DNA of 60,069 bases, from assembly GCA_032127745.1 (NCBI GenBank), contig JAQBHL010000257.1:1-60069 (forward strand), given 5' to 3'. A model generated the notes under the pieces. That model saw nothing but the letters and a program-made list of their open reading frames with translations, searched no databases and was not told the origin of the DNA. Within the stretch, counting starts at the first letter, position 1. Each line of letters opens with the position of its first letter. This DNA comes from Acidobacteriota bacterium. Lineage in GTDB: Bacteria; Acidobacteriota; Vicinamibacteria; Fen-336; JAGNNV01. Shown here in pieces: positions 17,307 through 26,847 of this stretch. The position numbers were made by a program, and so were the translations under genes.

Positions 17307-19136
17307 TCAGCCCTGGGGCGGGGGCAGAGTCTGCCGTTCCAGCATGGACGCGTACCGCCCGCCCAGACGCACCAGATCCGCATAGGTCCCCCGCTCGATC
17401 ACCCGGCCCTGCTCCAGAACCAGGATCTGCTGACACGATCTGACCGTGGAGAGGCGATGCGCGATCACAAAGGTGGTGCGTCCGGGAAGCAGGCGTTCGA
17501 GTCCGTGCTGGATGAGCGCTTCCGACTCGCTGTCGAGGTTCGAGGTCGCTTCGTCGAGCAGAAGGATGCGCGGGTTGGCCAGAAAGGCGCGGGCGATCGC
17601 CACTCTCTGTTTCTGCCCCCCGGAGAGCCGAACCCCGCGTTCCCCCACCAGGGTGTCGTATCCGAGCGCGAATCCCGATGCGAACTCGTCGATGTGCGCG
17701 GAATGGCATGCCTCTTTGAACTCGGTTTCCGTGGCCTCGGGTCTGGCGAAGAGGACGTTCTCGCGCAGGCTGGCATCGAAGAGAAACGTGTCTTGAAACA
17801 CGACTCCGAGATTGGCTCGATAGTCCGAGAGGGGAAGCGAACGGATGTCGTGCCCGTCGAGGGTGATGCGGCCGCTCTGAGGCTGATAGAACGCGGCCAG
17901 CAGGCCCATGATGGTGGATTTGCCCGCGCCGGAGGGCCCCACCAGAGCGGTGGCGGTGCCGGGAGGCGCCTCGAAGCTGACCTCCTTGAGCACGGGCTCG
18001 CCGGAACGGTACTCGAACGAGACCTGGTCGAAGATCACATGGCCCGTCACGCCCGAGGCTATGAGAGGCGATTCCCCGGAAGCACCGACTCCGGCCGTCG
18101 CCTCCCCCGGTTCGGCCAGGATGGCCTGCAGACGCTCGATGGCCACGAGCGCGTCCGCGAACTGTCCGGCCAGCGCCACCACCATGTAGACCGGACCGGT
18201 CAGGAAGCCCAGCAGGATCACGAAGGTGGTCAGACCGCCGAGGGTCAGACGACCGGCTTGGATCTCCCCGAGGGCCATGCTCATCAGCCCCAGACCCAGG
18301 AAGCCCACGAGGATCGTGCTCCAGAACGAGAACAATCGATTGTTCCCCGCCAGTTCGATGGCGTTGGCCTTCATGGCCATGACCGATGAGGACAGGACCG
18401 CGGCTTCTCGTTCCTCGGCGCGATAGGCCTTGATCACGCGTATTCCGGACAGGGTCTCGCTGAGGCGCCCGCTGGTCTCCGACAGGAGTTGCGCGCGCTG
18501 CGCATAGGCGCCGGACACGCCCCAGAAGACCCATCCGAGCAGGGCGACGAAGCCGGCCAGAGTCAGCAGAGCGATCAGAGTTAGCTTCGGGGAAATCGTC
18601 CACATGTAGGCCCCGGAGAGGGTCGCGAAGAAGATGCCGCCCGCGAACTCGATGAAGCCTGAGCCGACGAGAATCCGGAGAGCCTCGATATCGTGGAGCA
18701 CGCGCGGGAGGAGCGCGCCGGTCTGGTTCACATCGAAGAAGGGCACGGCGAGCCGGATAAGATGCGCGATGCCGCGCGAACGCAGGTCGGCCACCAGTTC
18801 GATGGTGCGCACGGTCAGAACTCGAAAGAGAAGATAGGAACAACCAGCCTGAAGAAAGGCCGCGGCCACAACGGCGAGAAAGACCGTCCGCATCTTCTCG
18901 GGCTGCGACCCGTTGACCACGTCGTCGACGAACACTCTGGCGCTCGCGGGCAGCACCAGGCCCGAGGCCCGAGAGATCAGGATCAGGGCCAGGCCGACGA
19001 GGAGGGCAGGCAGCCTGGGGCGAATCAGAGTCCAGGCGAGGGGCAGCACTTCTCTGAGCCGTTGGACCCGGCTCTTCCGGGACTGACCCTCGTCTGGTTC
19101 CCCAAGGGTCCGGCGACCGCGTCTTACGTGTCTCAT
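17307..19136 (-). CDS. ABC exporter, fused permease/ATPase (MsbA/MdlB-like)
   Basis: TM domain; GPSGAGKS, LSGGQKQR, LLLDEATS, AHRLST. Confidence 0.93.
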   Translation of the reverse strand: MRHVRRGRRTLGEPDEGQSRKSRVQRLREVLPLAWTLIRPRLPALLVGLALILISRASGLVLPASARVFVDDVVNGSQPEKMRTVFLAVVAAAFLQAGCSYLLFRVLTVRTIELVADLRSRGIAHLIRLAVPFFDVNQTGALLPRVLHDIEALRILVGSGFIEFAGGIFFATLSGAYMWTISPKLTLIALLTLAGFVALLGWVFWGVSGAYAQRAQLLSETSGRLSETLSGIRVIKAYRAEEREAAVLSSSVMAMKANAIELAGNNRLFSFWSTILVGFLGLGLMSMALGEIQAGRLTLGGLTTFVILLGFLTGPVYMVVALAGQFADALVAIERLQAILAEPGEATAGVGASGESPLIASGVTGHVIFDQVSFEYRSGEPVLKEVSFEAPPGTATALVGPSGAGKSTIMGLLAAFYQPQSGRITLDGHDIRSLPLSDYRANLGVVFQDTFLFDASLRENVLFARPEATETEFKEACHSAHIDEFASGFALGYDTLVGERGVRLSGGQKQRVAIARAFLANPRILLLDEATSNLDSESEALIQHGLERLLPGRTTFVIAHRLSTVRSCQQILVLEQGRVIERGTYADLVRLGGRYASMLERQTLPPPQG

Positions 19137-19141
19137 TACGA

Positions 19142-19287
19142 TGCGTGCATGCTACCGGCTGGGGTGATTGCGGATCGAGCGACTGGAAAGGAAAGCCGGC
19201 CCCAGAACCAGGGGACGAAGCCACCGTCGCGGGTGAGACCCTGTCCGGGTCCCGCTTGAACGGTCACGGGAATCCTATGGCCGGTCA
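19142..19287. repeat. Decayed direct-repeat copy of 27712-27855 (3' end of outer-membrane gene plus downstream spacer)
   Basis: Manual alignment ~90% identical with 2 indels; encodes GHRIPVTVQAG.GQGLTRDGG.VPWF; stop lost. Confidence 0.95.
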
Positions 19288-19563
19288 CGAGCCGGGCTCG
19301 GACACCCGGCGCGTCCTCGACGAGTTCTTTCGCGAGGAGAGGGTCGCGGTCCGGGTGGCCATGGAGACGGAGAACGTCGAGATCATCAAGGCCATGGTGA
19401 GTCACGGCCTGGGTGCCAGCATCATTCCCTTCGCCGCCGCGGCCAAGGACGTGAAGGCGGGACGCCTGGCCTACTCCCGGCTGCGCCGAAAACGGTTTCC
19501 GAGATCCTGCAGGTCTTCGACACGGTGAAGGACAAGTACCTGTACGCGATCCCCGGTTCCTGA
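19288..19563 (+). pseudogene. C-terminal fragment of LysR-type regulator (substrate-binding domain)
   Basis: EPGSDTRRVLDEFF...VAMETENVEIIKAMVSHGLGASIIP...GRL LysR pattern; no HTH or start; frame change near 19495 before SEILQVFD...PGS*. Confidence 0.8.
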
Positions 19564-19569
19564 CCCGGA

Positions 19570-19932
19570 CTATTCCGGGGCGGGGAAGAGAGGAGTGACG
19601 GCGCTCTGATCCTCTTCACCGGTTCGGATCCGGTACACCTTCTCCACGGGGAGGACGAAGACCTTGCCGTCGCCCACTTCGCCGGTGCGGGCCGAGGACA
19701 GGATGGCCTGCACCGTCGGCTCGACGAAGTGATCGCTCACCCCGATCTCGATTCGGACCTTCTCGGACAGCTCCATCCGCACGGTGGTGCCCCGGTAGGT
19801 CTCGACGTGTTCCGTCTCCCCGCCGTGACCCTGGATCCGGCCGATGGTCAGGCCGCGAACCTCGGCCCGGAACAGGGCCTCCAGGACATCGCTCAGCTTG
19901 TCGGGGCGGACGATCGCCACCACCAGCTTCAC
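19570..19932 (-). CDS. glnK: P-II nitrogen regulatory protein
   Basis: KLVVAIVRP.KL, YRG, ARTGEVGDGKVFV, RIRTGE; GTG overlaps amtB stop. Confidence 0.93.
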   Translation of the reverse strand: MKLVVAIVRPDKLSDVLEALFRAEVRGLTIGRIQGHGGETEHVETYRGTTVRMELSEKVRIEIGVSDHFVEPTVQAILSSARTGEVGDGKVFVLPVEKVYRIRTGEEDQSAVTPLFPAPE

Positions 19933-21239
19933 GACCGGCCCCCGAAGGCACCGAGGCTGACCACCGCCGACGCCACCGGTGATTCGGCCGAGGGCAGAGC
20001 GTCGCGAAGGATGAGCAAGGCGCCCTCTCCGCGGACGTACGCCTCCTCGCCATGCTGGCTCACGTCGAGGCCGAGGCCTTCGTCGCGCGTTGACACCCGA
20101 AGCGGGGCCACCGCGTTCACCAGCTTGAGAAGCGTCCACGATGCGCCGGCGCTGTAGGCCGCGACCACGAGTATCGCGACCACCTGGATTCCGAACTGGC
20201 GGGGATTGCCGAAGAGGAGGCCGTTCACTGGCGACCCCCAGGTCTTCTCCGCGAGCACTCCGGTGAGGAGCGCGCCCACGGTTCCCCCGAGTCCATGCGC
20301 GGCGACCACGTCCAGGGAATCGTCGAGCCGCGTGCGCGCCCTCCACAGAAGGCCGAAGTAGCTGGGCACGGCGGCGATTGCCCCGAGGACGATGGCGGAG
20401 ATGGGACTCACGAGTCCCGCGGCGGGAGTGATGGCAACGAGGCCGACCACGATCGCGGTGGCGGCGCCCACCGCGGTGACCTTGCGGGTCCGGTGGAGAT
20501 CGAGAAGCGTCCACACCACGAGGGTCGCGGTGGGCGCCAGCAGCGTGTTCGCGAAGGCCAGGGCCGCGCCCGTGTTCGCACCCAGAGCGCTGCCCGCGTT
20601 GAAGCCGAACCAACCGAACCACAGGAGTCCAGCACCCAGGAGGGTGAAGGGGACGTTGTGGGGAAGAATGGCCTGGCGCGCGTAATCCTTCCGCGCCCCC
20701 ATCATGAGCGCCGCCACCAGTGCCGCCACCGCGGCGTTGATGTGGACCACGGTGCCGCCCGCGAAGTCGAGCGCGCCCAGGGTGCTGAGGAAGCCTCCGC
20801 CCCAGACCCAGTGCGCGACCGGCGCATAGACGACGACGCTCCAAAGGGTGATGAAGATCAGGTATGCGGAAAAGCGCATCCGCTCCGCGATCGCCCCGGA
20901 AATGAGGGCGGCGGTGATGATCGCGAACGTCCCCTGGTACGCCATGAAGAGAATGTGGGGGATCGATCCCTGGGGCTCGATCCCCACGCCCGAAAGGGCT
21001 ACGTGCGAGAGTCCGCCGATGAAGGCCGAACCCATGGAGAAGGCCAGGGAGTAGCCGACGAGCGCCCAGGCGAGACCGACGAAACCAAGGGCCGATACGC
21101 TCATCATCATGGTGTTGAGCGCGTTCTTGCCGCGAACGAGGCCTCCATAGAAGAAGGCCAGGGCCGGCGTCATCAGCAGAACGAGGGCGGTGGAAATGAG
21201 CATCCAGGCGGTATCGGCGCCATTGATGGGGCTGGTCAC
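19929..21239 (-). CDS. amtB: Ammonium transporter
   Basis: LMTPALAFFYGGL, DFAGGTVVH, LWFGWFGFNAGS, LVAITPAAG, DDSLDV..HG. Confidence 0.97.
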   Translation of the reverse strand: MTSPINGADTAWMLISTALVLLMTPALAFFYGGLVRGKNALNTMMMSVSALGFVGLAWALVGYSLAFSMGSAFIGGLSHVALSGVGIEPQGSIPHILFMAYQGTFAIITAALISGAIAERMRFSAYLIFITLWSVVVYAPVAHWVWGGGFLSTLGALDFAGGTVVHINAAVAALVAALMMGARKDYARQAILPHNVPFTLLGAGLLWFGWFGFNAGSALGANTGAALAFANTLLAPTATLVVWTLLDLHRTRKVTAVGAATAIVVGLVAITPAAGLVSPISAIVLGAIAAVPSYFGLLWRARTRLDDSLDVVAAHGLGGTVGALLTGVLAEKTWGSPVNGLLFGNPRQFGIQVVAILVVAAYSAGASWTLLKLVNAVAPLRVSTRDEGLGLDVSQHGEEAYVRGEGALLILRDALPSAESPVASAVVSLGAFGGRS

Positions 21240-21266
21240 ACTTTGTATCCTCTCGACTAAAGATAA

Positions 21267-21311
21267 ACTCTACATGATTAGACCTTATTCGTACAATGTT
21301 TAAGATCTAAT
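21267..21311 (-). promoter_or_regulatory. Putative sigma70 promoter and operator of amtB-glnK
   Basis: AT-rich island; minus strand TTGTAC(21296-21291)-18nt-TAGAGT(21272-21267); inverted pair ATTAGA(21277-82)/TCTAAT(21306-11). Confidence 0.45.
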
Positions 21312-21468
21312 GGGGACGCTTTATATCTCAGTCATCGATGACAACGCTGGCCGATCCATCAATTCCCCCAAGCGCCCGCTCCGGGCCGTCGTTCGTTTCC
21401 GAACCGTCGACGTTCATCCTTCAGCGCGATGCGCACCAGGCCGTCTGGGCGCGGCTCGAGGCGAGGGT

Positions 21469-22998
21469 TTAGGGGTCGGGCTTGAGCGCCTCGAGAAACG
21501 CCGCTCCCACCGCGCCCGCGCTCTTCCCGTCCCGATCCACGGCGAGGTTCATGCGCCGCATGGCGTCGGCGTCGATCTTCCCGGCGAGACCCGCGAGGGC
21601 CGCCATGGCCGCGGGCTCTTCCCGGGCCAGGCGTTCGCTGACGAGGACTATGGCGTCATAGGGAGGAATCGCATGGCGATCATCTTCCAGGACCACCAGA
21701 TCGAACGCCTCGATGCGCCCGTCGGTGGAGAACGCGCTGACCACGTCCACGGTTCCCTGGCCTGCCGCCTGATACATGAGCGAGGGATCCATGCTGCGCC
21801 GCTCGGCGAACTCCAATCCGTATCTCTCCTGAAGCGAGCGCCATTCGGTACGCCCGAAGAACTCATAATCCCCGCCCATCGAAAGCTTCCTCGAATGAAG
21901 TGCCAGATCGCTTATGCGGCGGATCCCCAGGCGCTCCGCCTCGTTTCGCCGCATCGCGAGGGCATAGGTGTTCTCGAATCCGAGTGCGGCCGCCACGGTG
22001 ATCCCGTGAGCGTCGCGGAGGTAACGCTCGACCTCTTTGAGCACCTGCGCTCGGTCCGACGCTGAGGTCTCCCGCTTCATCACGGTCGCCCAGATCGTCC
22101 CGGAGTATTCGACGTAGACATCGATGTCGCCGGCGCGCAGAGCATCGAACGCGACCGTGGAGCCGAGTGAGGGGACGGTCTCCACGGAAAGCGAAGTGGC
22201 GCGCGCCAGTCGCCCCGCGAGAATTTCCGCGAGGATGTATTGCTCGGTGAACGTCTTGGCGCCGATCACTACTCGGCCCCGGTCGTGCTGGAAAGCATCC
22301 CGCCCGAGGGTCATTCCGGTAAAGAGATAGAGAGCCCCCAGCGTTCCCAGCGCGGCGCTGAGCAGCGCCTTGCTCCGTCGTTCCCACCCCATCTCAAGCA
22401 GCTTGATCAGTCCGTCGAGGGCCAAGGCCAGCCCCGCCGCTGCCGTGCAGCCCACCAGGACCGCGCTCAGGTTCCGGGTTTGCAACCCGCTGAAGATGTA
22501 GTTCCCCAGACTCGGCGCACCGACAGGTGTCGAGAGGGTGGCGATGCCCACGGTCCACACGGTGGCGGTGCGAATCCCGGCGATGATGGTGGGAAGGGCA
22601 AGGGGCAGCTCCACGCGCACGAGCTGCTGCCGGAGAGTCATGCCCACACCTCGGGCCGCCTCGCGGTACGCGGGGTCGACGCCCGCGAACCCGGTCACTG
22701 TGTTACGCAGAATGGGCAGCATGCTGTAGAGAACCAGTCCGACGAACGCGGGCAGAAAGCCGATGCTCTGCACCCCGAGCGCGGCGAGGAGCGGAACCAT
22801 CACCGCAAGCAGCGCCAGGCTCGGGATGGTCTGGATGACGCTCGCGACCCCCAGCACCGGCCCCTCCAGCCAGCGAACGTTGGCCGCCAGGACGCCAAGC
22901 GGTACGCTGATGCCCACGCCCAGGAGGAGTGCGGCCAGCGCGAGCTGCAGGTGCGCGGTGAGATAGACCGGGAGCAGTGCCAGTTGTTCGCTCACCAC
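21469..22998 (-). CDS. Osmoprotectant/betaine-type ABC transporter, fused permease + substrate-binding domain (OpuF/EgtU-like)
   Basis: QTIPSLALL, EAARGVGMT, GAKTFTEQYIL, VEYSGT, GFENTYA, PPYDA. Confidence 0.9.
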   Translation of the reverse strand: MVSEQLALLPVYLTAHLQLALAALLLGVGISVPLGVLAANVRWLEGPVLGVASVIQTIPSLALLAVMVPLLAALGVQSIGFLPAFVGLVLYSMLPILRNTVTGFAGVDPAYREAARGVGMTLRQQLVRVELPLALPTIIAGIRTATVWTVGIATLSTPVGAPSLGNYIFSGLQTRNLSAVLVGCTAAAGLALALDGLIKLLEMGWERRSKALLSAALGTLGALYLFTGMTLGRDAFQHDRGRVVIGAKTFTEQYILAEILAGRLARATSLSVETVPSLGSTVAFDALRAGDIDVYVEYSGTIWATVMKRETSASDRAQVLKEVERYLRDAHGITVAAALGFENTYALAMRRNEAERLGIRRISDLALHSRKLSMGGDYEFFGRTEWRSLQERYGLEFAERRSMDPSLMYQAAGQGTVDVVSAFSTDGRIEAFDLVVLEDDRHAIPPYDAIVLVSERLAREEPAAMAALAGLAGKIDADAMRRMNLAVDRDGKSAGAVGAAFLEALKPDP

Positions 22999-23756
22999 GA
23001 GCCGCCCGCCATGAGGGCGTCGAACGAGCGCGCTTGTCGCCGCGGGGTCTCGAGCAACCGCTCCACGTATTCGTTCGCCGGGGAAGTGATGAGGTCGCGA
23101 GGCGTCCCCACCTGGATGAGCGCTCCCTCGTGCATCACCGCGATGCGGTCGGCGAGCAGGAGAGCTTCGACCATATCGTGGGTGACGAAGATTGCGGTGA
23201 GTCCCAGTTCACGGCGGATCCTGAGAAACGACTGCTGGAGACGGTCTCGAGTCAGGGGATCGAGCGCCGCGAACGGCTCATCGAGGAGCATGAGCGTGGG
23301 TTCCGCGGAGAGGGCGCGGGCGACGCCCACGCGCTGCTGCTGGCCTCCGGAGAGCTGTGCCGGGAACCGCCCGACAAGGCCGGGCTCGAGCTCGACCAGC
23401 GAGAGCAGCGCTTCCACCCGTCGCGTGATGCGTTCGACCGGCCACTCGAGCAGGGTCAGCGGGACGGCGATGTTCTCCCCGACCGTCATGTGTGGAAACA
23501 AGCCGATCCTCTGAAAGACATACCCAATGCGCCGGCGAAGCTGGTGCGCGGGGACGGCCAGCGCATCCTCACCCCCGATCGAGACCCGACCCGAGGTCGG
23601 CTCGATCAAGCGGTTGATCATCTTGAGCGTGGTGGTCTTGCCCGAGCCCGAACCGCCGACCAGGACGAGCAACTCACCGTCGGACACGGTGAAAGATATC
23701 TCGCGCACCGCGACCACGTCACCGTATCGCTTCGTGAGCCGGTCGAGTTCGATCAT
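22992..23756 (-). CDS. Osmoprotectant ABC transporter ATP-binding subunit (OpuBA/ProV-like, no CBS)
   Basis: GGSGSGKTTTLKMINRL, LSGGQQQRVG, DEPFAALDP; ATG at 23756. Confidence 0.92.
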   Translation of the reverse strand: MIELDRLTKRYGDVVAVREISFTVSDGELLVLVGGSGSGKTTTLKMINRLIEPTSGRVSIGGEDALAVPAHQLRRRIGYVFQRIGLFPHMTVGENIAVPLTLLEWPVERITRRVEALLSLVELEPGLVGRFPAQLSGGQQQRVGVARALSAEPTLMLLDEPFAALDPLTRDRLQQSFLRIRRELGLTAIFVTHDMVEALLLADRIAVMHEGALIQVGTPRDLITSPANEYVERLLETPRRQARSFDALMAGGSW

Positions 23757-24217
23757 GCGGCCGCAGCGTAGCCGACTTCGATCACTGCCACCAGCCCATG
23801 ACCGCAGCCGCGACCTTCCTGCAGGCCGGGTTGCATGCGACGCAGCACATAGGCGAGCTGTGGGCTTGACGATGTTGGCGCGGATGTCACCGAAATCGAT
23901 CCAGGCAACGCTGTTCACGATGCGGTCCATGGTGACCAGCGCCATTTGCAGAGCGGGCGGAAAGTCACGCCGGCCCTTCTTCTCCACCAGGTTAACGCGC
24001 GCGGCGCTGAGGGGCGCGATGGTGAAGTCGACGACCACGTTCCCGCACTCCGTCACACTGCCGAAGAGCGCATTCGGTTCGTCTACGACCCGAACATGAA
24101 CGCTCGGCGGTGACCGCGGCCCGCGCCGAAGACGAAGCCCCGGCTCTCCACGATGGGTCCGAACGCCCAGGCCACAGAGCCTTGACCCGGTTCGGAGACG
24201 ACAACTAACCTGCAAGG

Positions 24218-26746
24218 ATGTCAGCCACGGTCACCGGCCATCGTCTGCGGCTCGCTCTGCTCGTGGGCCTGGCTCTTGGTCCCGGGGCCTGTGCTTCGAA
24301 GCCGACGATTCCTCATGTGATCCTTATCGTGGCCGAGGGAACGGGCTTTCCGTTCGAAGATCCGGCGTTCTCGCAGTATCCGGCGCTCGAACGGCTGCGC
24401 CTCGCTTCGCGTCCCTTCGACTTTCTGTTCACCGGTGATCCGGCCTGGTCGAACCCAAATGAGACGCTGCTCGGCGGAGTCAACGAGGGAAATCTGGTCA
24501 GCACGCTCAAGACCAAGGGGTACCTGACTTCTGCGGTGACGGGGACGGGGAATGCACCCGGAGCGTTTGACCGAACGACGCGGGCCGATTCCGGCGAGGT
24601 GGCGGCGCGCATTCTTGCTGATATCGACCGCGCCGGCGGGAAACCCGCCTTCGCTTTCGCAACCCTGGACCTGCGAGACGTTCCCGCCGATGCGACCCTT
24701 CCGGAGGTTGAAGCGCCTCCGCTAAAAGTGCCCGCCATTTCGCTTTCGGACCGCGCGGCCCTCGACCCCGTGCGTTTTTCCGTCATTCCACCGCCCCGCG
24801 AGCCGGCAGATGGAAACGGCCTGGCCGGCCGTCGGGCGGCTGCCTTCCGTGTATTGGAGCGGCAGATCGACGAACTGGTCAAGGGTCTCGAGGCGCGCGG
24901 TCTGCGGGCGAGCACCACTCTCGCCCTGGTGTCCGTTGGTCCGGCGCCGCGTCCGGAGCGCGCAGCACCGCCACGGCCGGATCTGCTTTTCGAGGACTGG
25001 CTTCGTGGATTGGCTCTCATCCACACCCCGGGGTTGGTTCAACCCGGGATGAGCGCCTCCACTCTGGCCCTGATCGCGGACATCGCGCCCACCCTGGCCT
25101 CGCTTGCCGGGGCCGCGCCTGCCCCCGCGGAAGAATCGGCCGGCCTGAACCTCAGCGGGGCGATACGCGATCCGGGACTCATCGTTCGTCCGACCCTGCT
25201 CTCCAGCGCACACCGCCACCCGCCGCGGATCGGTCGGACCGTGAGGTCTGACCGGTTCCGGTTTACCCAATGGCCCGACGGGAGCGAGGAACTCTTCGAT
25301 GAGCAGAAAGACCCCCACGAATGGACCAACCTCGCCGCGGTCCCGGCCATGCAGGCGCACAAGGCTGAGCTCGCGAAACGTCTCGAACAGGCGCCGTCAT
25401 TCGCGCCGGCCGCTCCCGCCCGTCCGGCTTCAGGCCCACGGCTGAACGTACTGATGATCATCGCCGACGACCTGACCGCGCAGTACCCGCAGCTCGGCGA
25501 GGTGAAAACGCCCAACCTGGACCGCCTGCGCGCGCGGGGCCGGTCGTACGAGAAGGCCTACGCGCCGGCTCCCTTCTGCACCCCCGCGCGAGCGGCCTTC
25601 CTCTCGGGCCTCTCCCCCGCCCGGCTCGAACTGGAGCACGAGGATCCGTTCAAGGAGATCTTCACGCCGCGCATTCGACTCATACAGGAGCAGTTTCGGG
25701 CCAACGGCTACTTCACCGCCTCCGTGGGCAAGGTCTGGGACTCTCAGCCCGGGGAGTCGCGCGGTTGGGACGTGAACGAGTGGCAGCCCCCTCTGCCCGC
25801 AGGCAAGGTGGAAGCCCCGGCCCGGCTCATGAAGAACACGCCGGTCGCCGCGGGTCCCAACCGCAACGAGGACGAAGTCGAGGGAGACGGCCGGCGAGCC
25901 CGGTTCGCGGTGAAGGTCCTGGAGGAGAAACGAGAGAAGCCTCTTTTCCTGACCCTCGGCCTGGTGAGACCGCACGTGGCCTGGGTCGCCCCGCAGAAGT
26001 ACTTCGACATGTATCCGCCCCAAAGCATCAGGTTCTCGCCCGCGCCCGCCAACGACCTGGACGACATCCCCGCCATCGCGGTCAAGAACACGGCGCAGGA
26101 GCTGCCGGGGCTGATGCTCAGCGGCCGCGAACCGGGAGGTTTGTCGAACGATCCGGCCGAAGGGCGGCGCGGCCTTTCCGCCTACTTCGCCTGCGTCACG
26201 TTCATGGACGCCCAGCTTGGGGTCGTCCTCGACGCTCTCGACCGCGGGGACCTATGGAAGGACACCATCGTGGTCTTCTTCGGCGATAACGGTCACCATC
26301 TCGGCGAGCATGGCGGCTTGTGGCGGAAGAACACCCTCTTCGAGGAATCGCTGCGCGTGCCCATGGTGGTGGCGATCCCGAACCTGCCCCAGCCCGGCGT
26401 GCCCAGCGCCGCACTCGCCGACCTGATCGATATCTATCCCACTCTCGTCGATCTGACCGGAATCGCCCGGCCGGGAAACCTGGACGGGGTCTCGCTCAAG
26501 CCCACGCTCCTGAACCCGAAAGCAAGGGTGCAGGACGCGTTGATTCAGTATCGTCCCACCGAGCCGTCGAACCTGGGCTACTCCTTGAGAACGGCTGAGT
26601 ATCGCTACACGTTGTGGCCCGATGGCTCCGAGGAGTTGTATGACCTGCGTGTCGATCCCGCGGGTCGGAGGGACGTATCGGAGCAGCTGGGCCGGAGGGG
26701 GACCGTGGCCTCGTTGCGAAAGACGATCGAGACCATGGTCCGCTGA
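24218..26746 (+). CDS. Lipoprotein with tandem sulfatase domains (degenerate N-terminal; iduronate-2-sulfatase-like C-terminal)
   Basis: Lipobox-like GPGAC; second domain NVLMIIADDL, CTPARA (CxPxR), RPH, GDNGHHLGEHG, RVP; WPDGSEEL repeated in both halves. Confidence 0.85.
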   Translation: MSATVTGHRLRLALLVGLALGPGACASKPTIPHVILIVAEGTGFPFEDPAFSQYPALERLRLASRPFDFLFTGDPAWSNPNETLLGGVNEGNLVSTLKTKGYLTSAVTGTGNAPGAFDRTTRADSGEVAARILADIDRAGGKPAFAFATLDLRDVPADATLPEVEAPPLKVPAISLSDRAALDPVRFSVIPPPREPADGNGLAGRRAAAFRVLERQIDELVKGLEARGLRASTTLALVSVGPAPRPERAAPPRPDLLFEDWLRGLALIHTPGLVQPGMSASTLALIADIAPTLASLAGAAPAPAEESAGLNLSGAIRDPGLIVRPTLLSSAHRHPPRIGRTVRSDRFRFTQWPDGSEELFDEQKDPHEWTNLAAVPAMQAHKAELAKRLEQAPSFAPAAPARPASGPRLNVLMIIADDLTAQYPQLGEVKTPNLDRLRARGRSYEKAYAPAPFCTPARAAFLSGLSPARLELEHEDPFKEIFTPRIRLIQEQFRANGYFTASVGKVWDSQPGESRGWDVNEWQPPLPAGKVEAPARLMKNTPVAAGPNRNEDEVEGDGRRARFAVKVLEEKREKPLFLTLGLVRPHVAWVAPQKYFDMYPPQSIRFSPAPANDLDDIPAIAVKNTAQELPGLMLSGREPGGLSNDPAEGRRGLSAYFACVTFMDAQLGVVLDALDRGDLWKDTIVVFFGDNGHHLGEHGGLWRKNTLFEESLRVPMVVAIPNLPQPGVPSAALADLIDIYPTLVDLTGIARPGNLDGVSLKPTLLNPKARVQDALIQYRPTEPSNLGYSLRTAEYRYTLWPDGSEELYDLRVDPAGRRDVSEQLGRRGTVASLRKTIETMVR

Positions 26747-26847
26747 CGGCCCAGACTCCCTCAGCGAAGCTCGAAGCCCGGAGCCACGAGGAACGCCCGT
26801 GAAGCGGGCACGGCCGCCTGCAGGTAGTCCGTCGAGTGAGGCGCCGG

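Noticed and set aside
19570-20844. 424-aa ORF implying an Amt-PII fusion
   Set aside because: Off-frame overlap with amtB; glnK starts at GTG 19932 overlapping the amtB stop.
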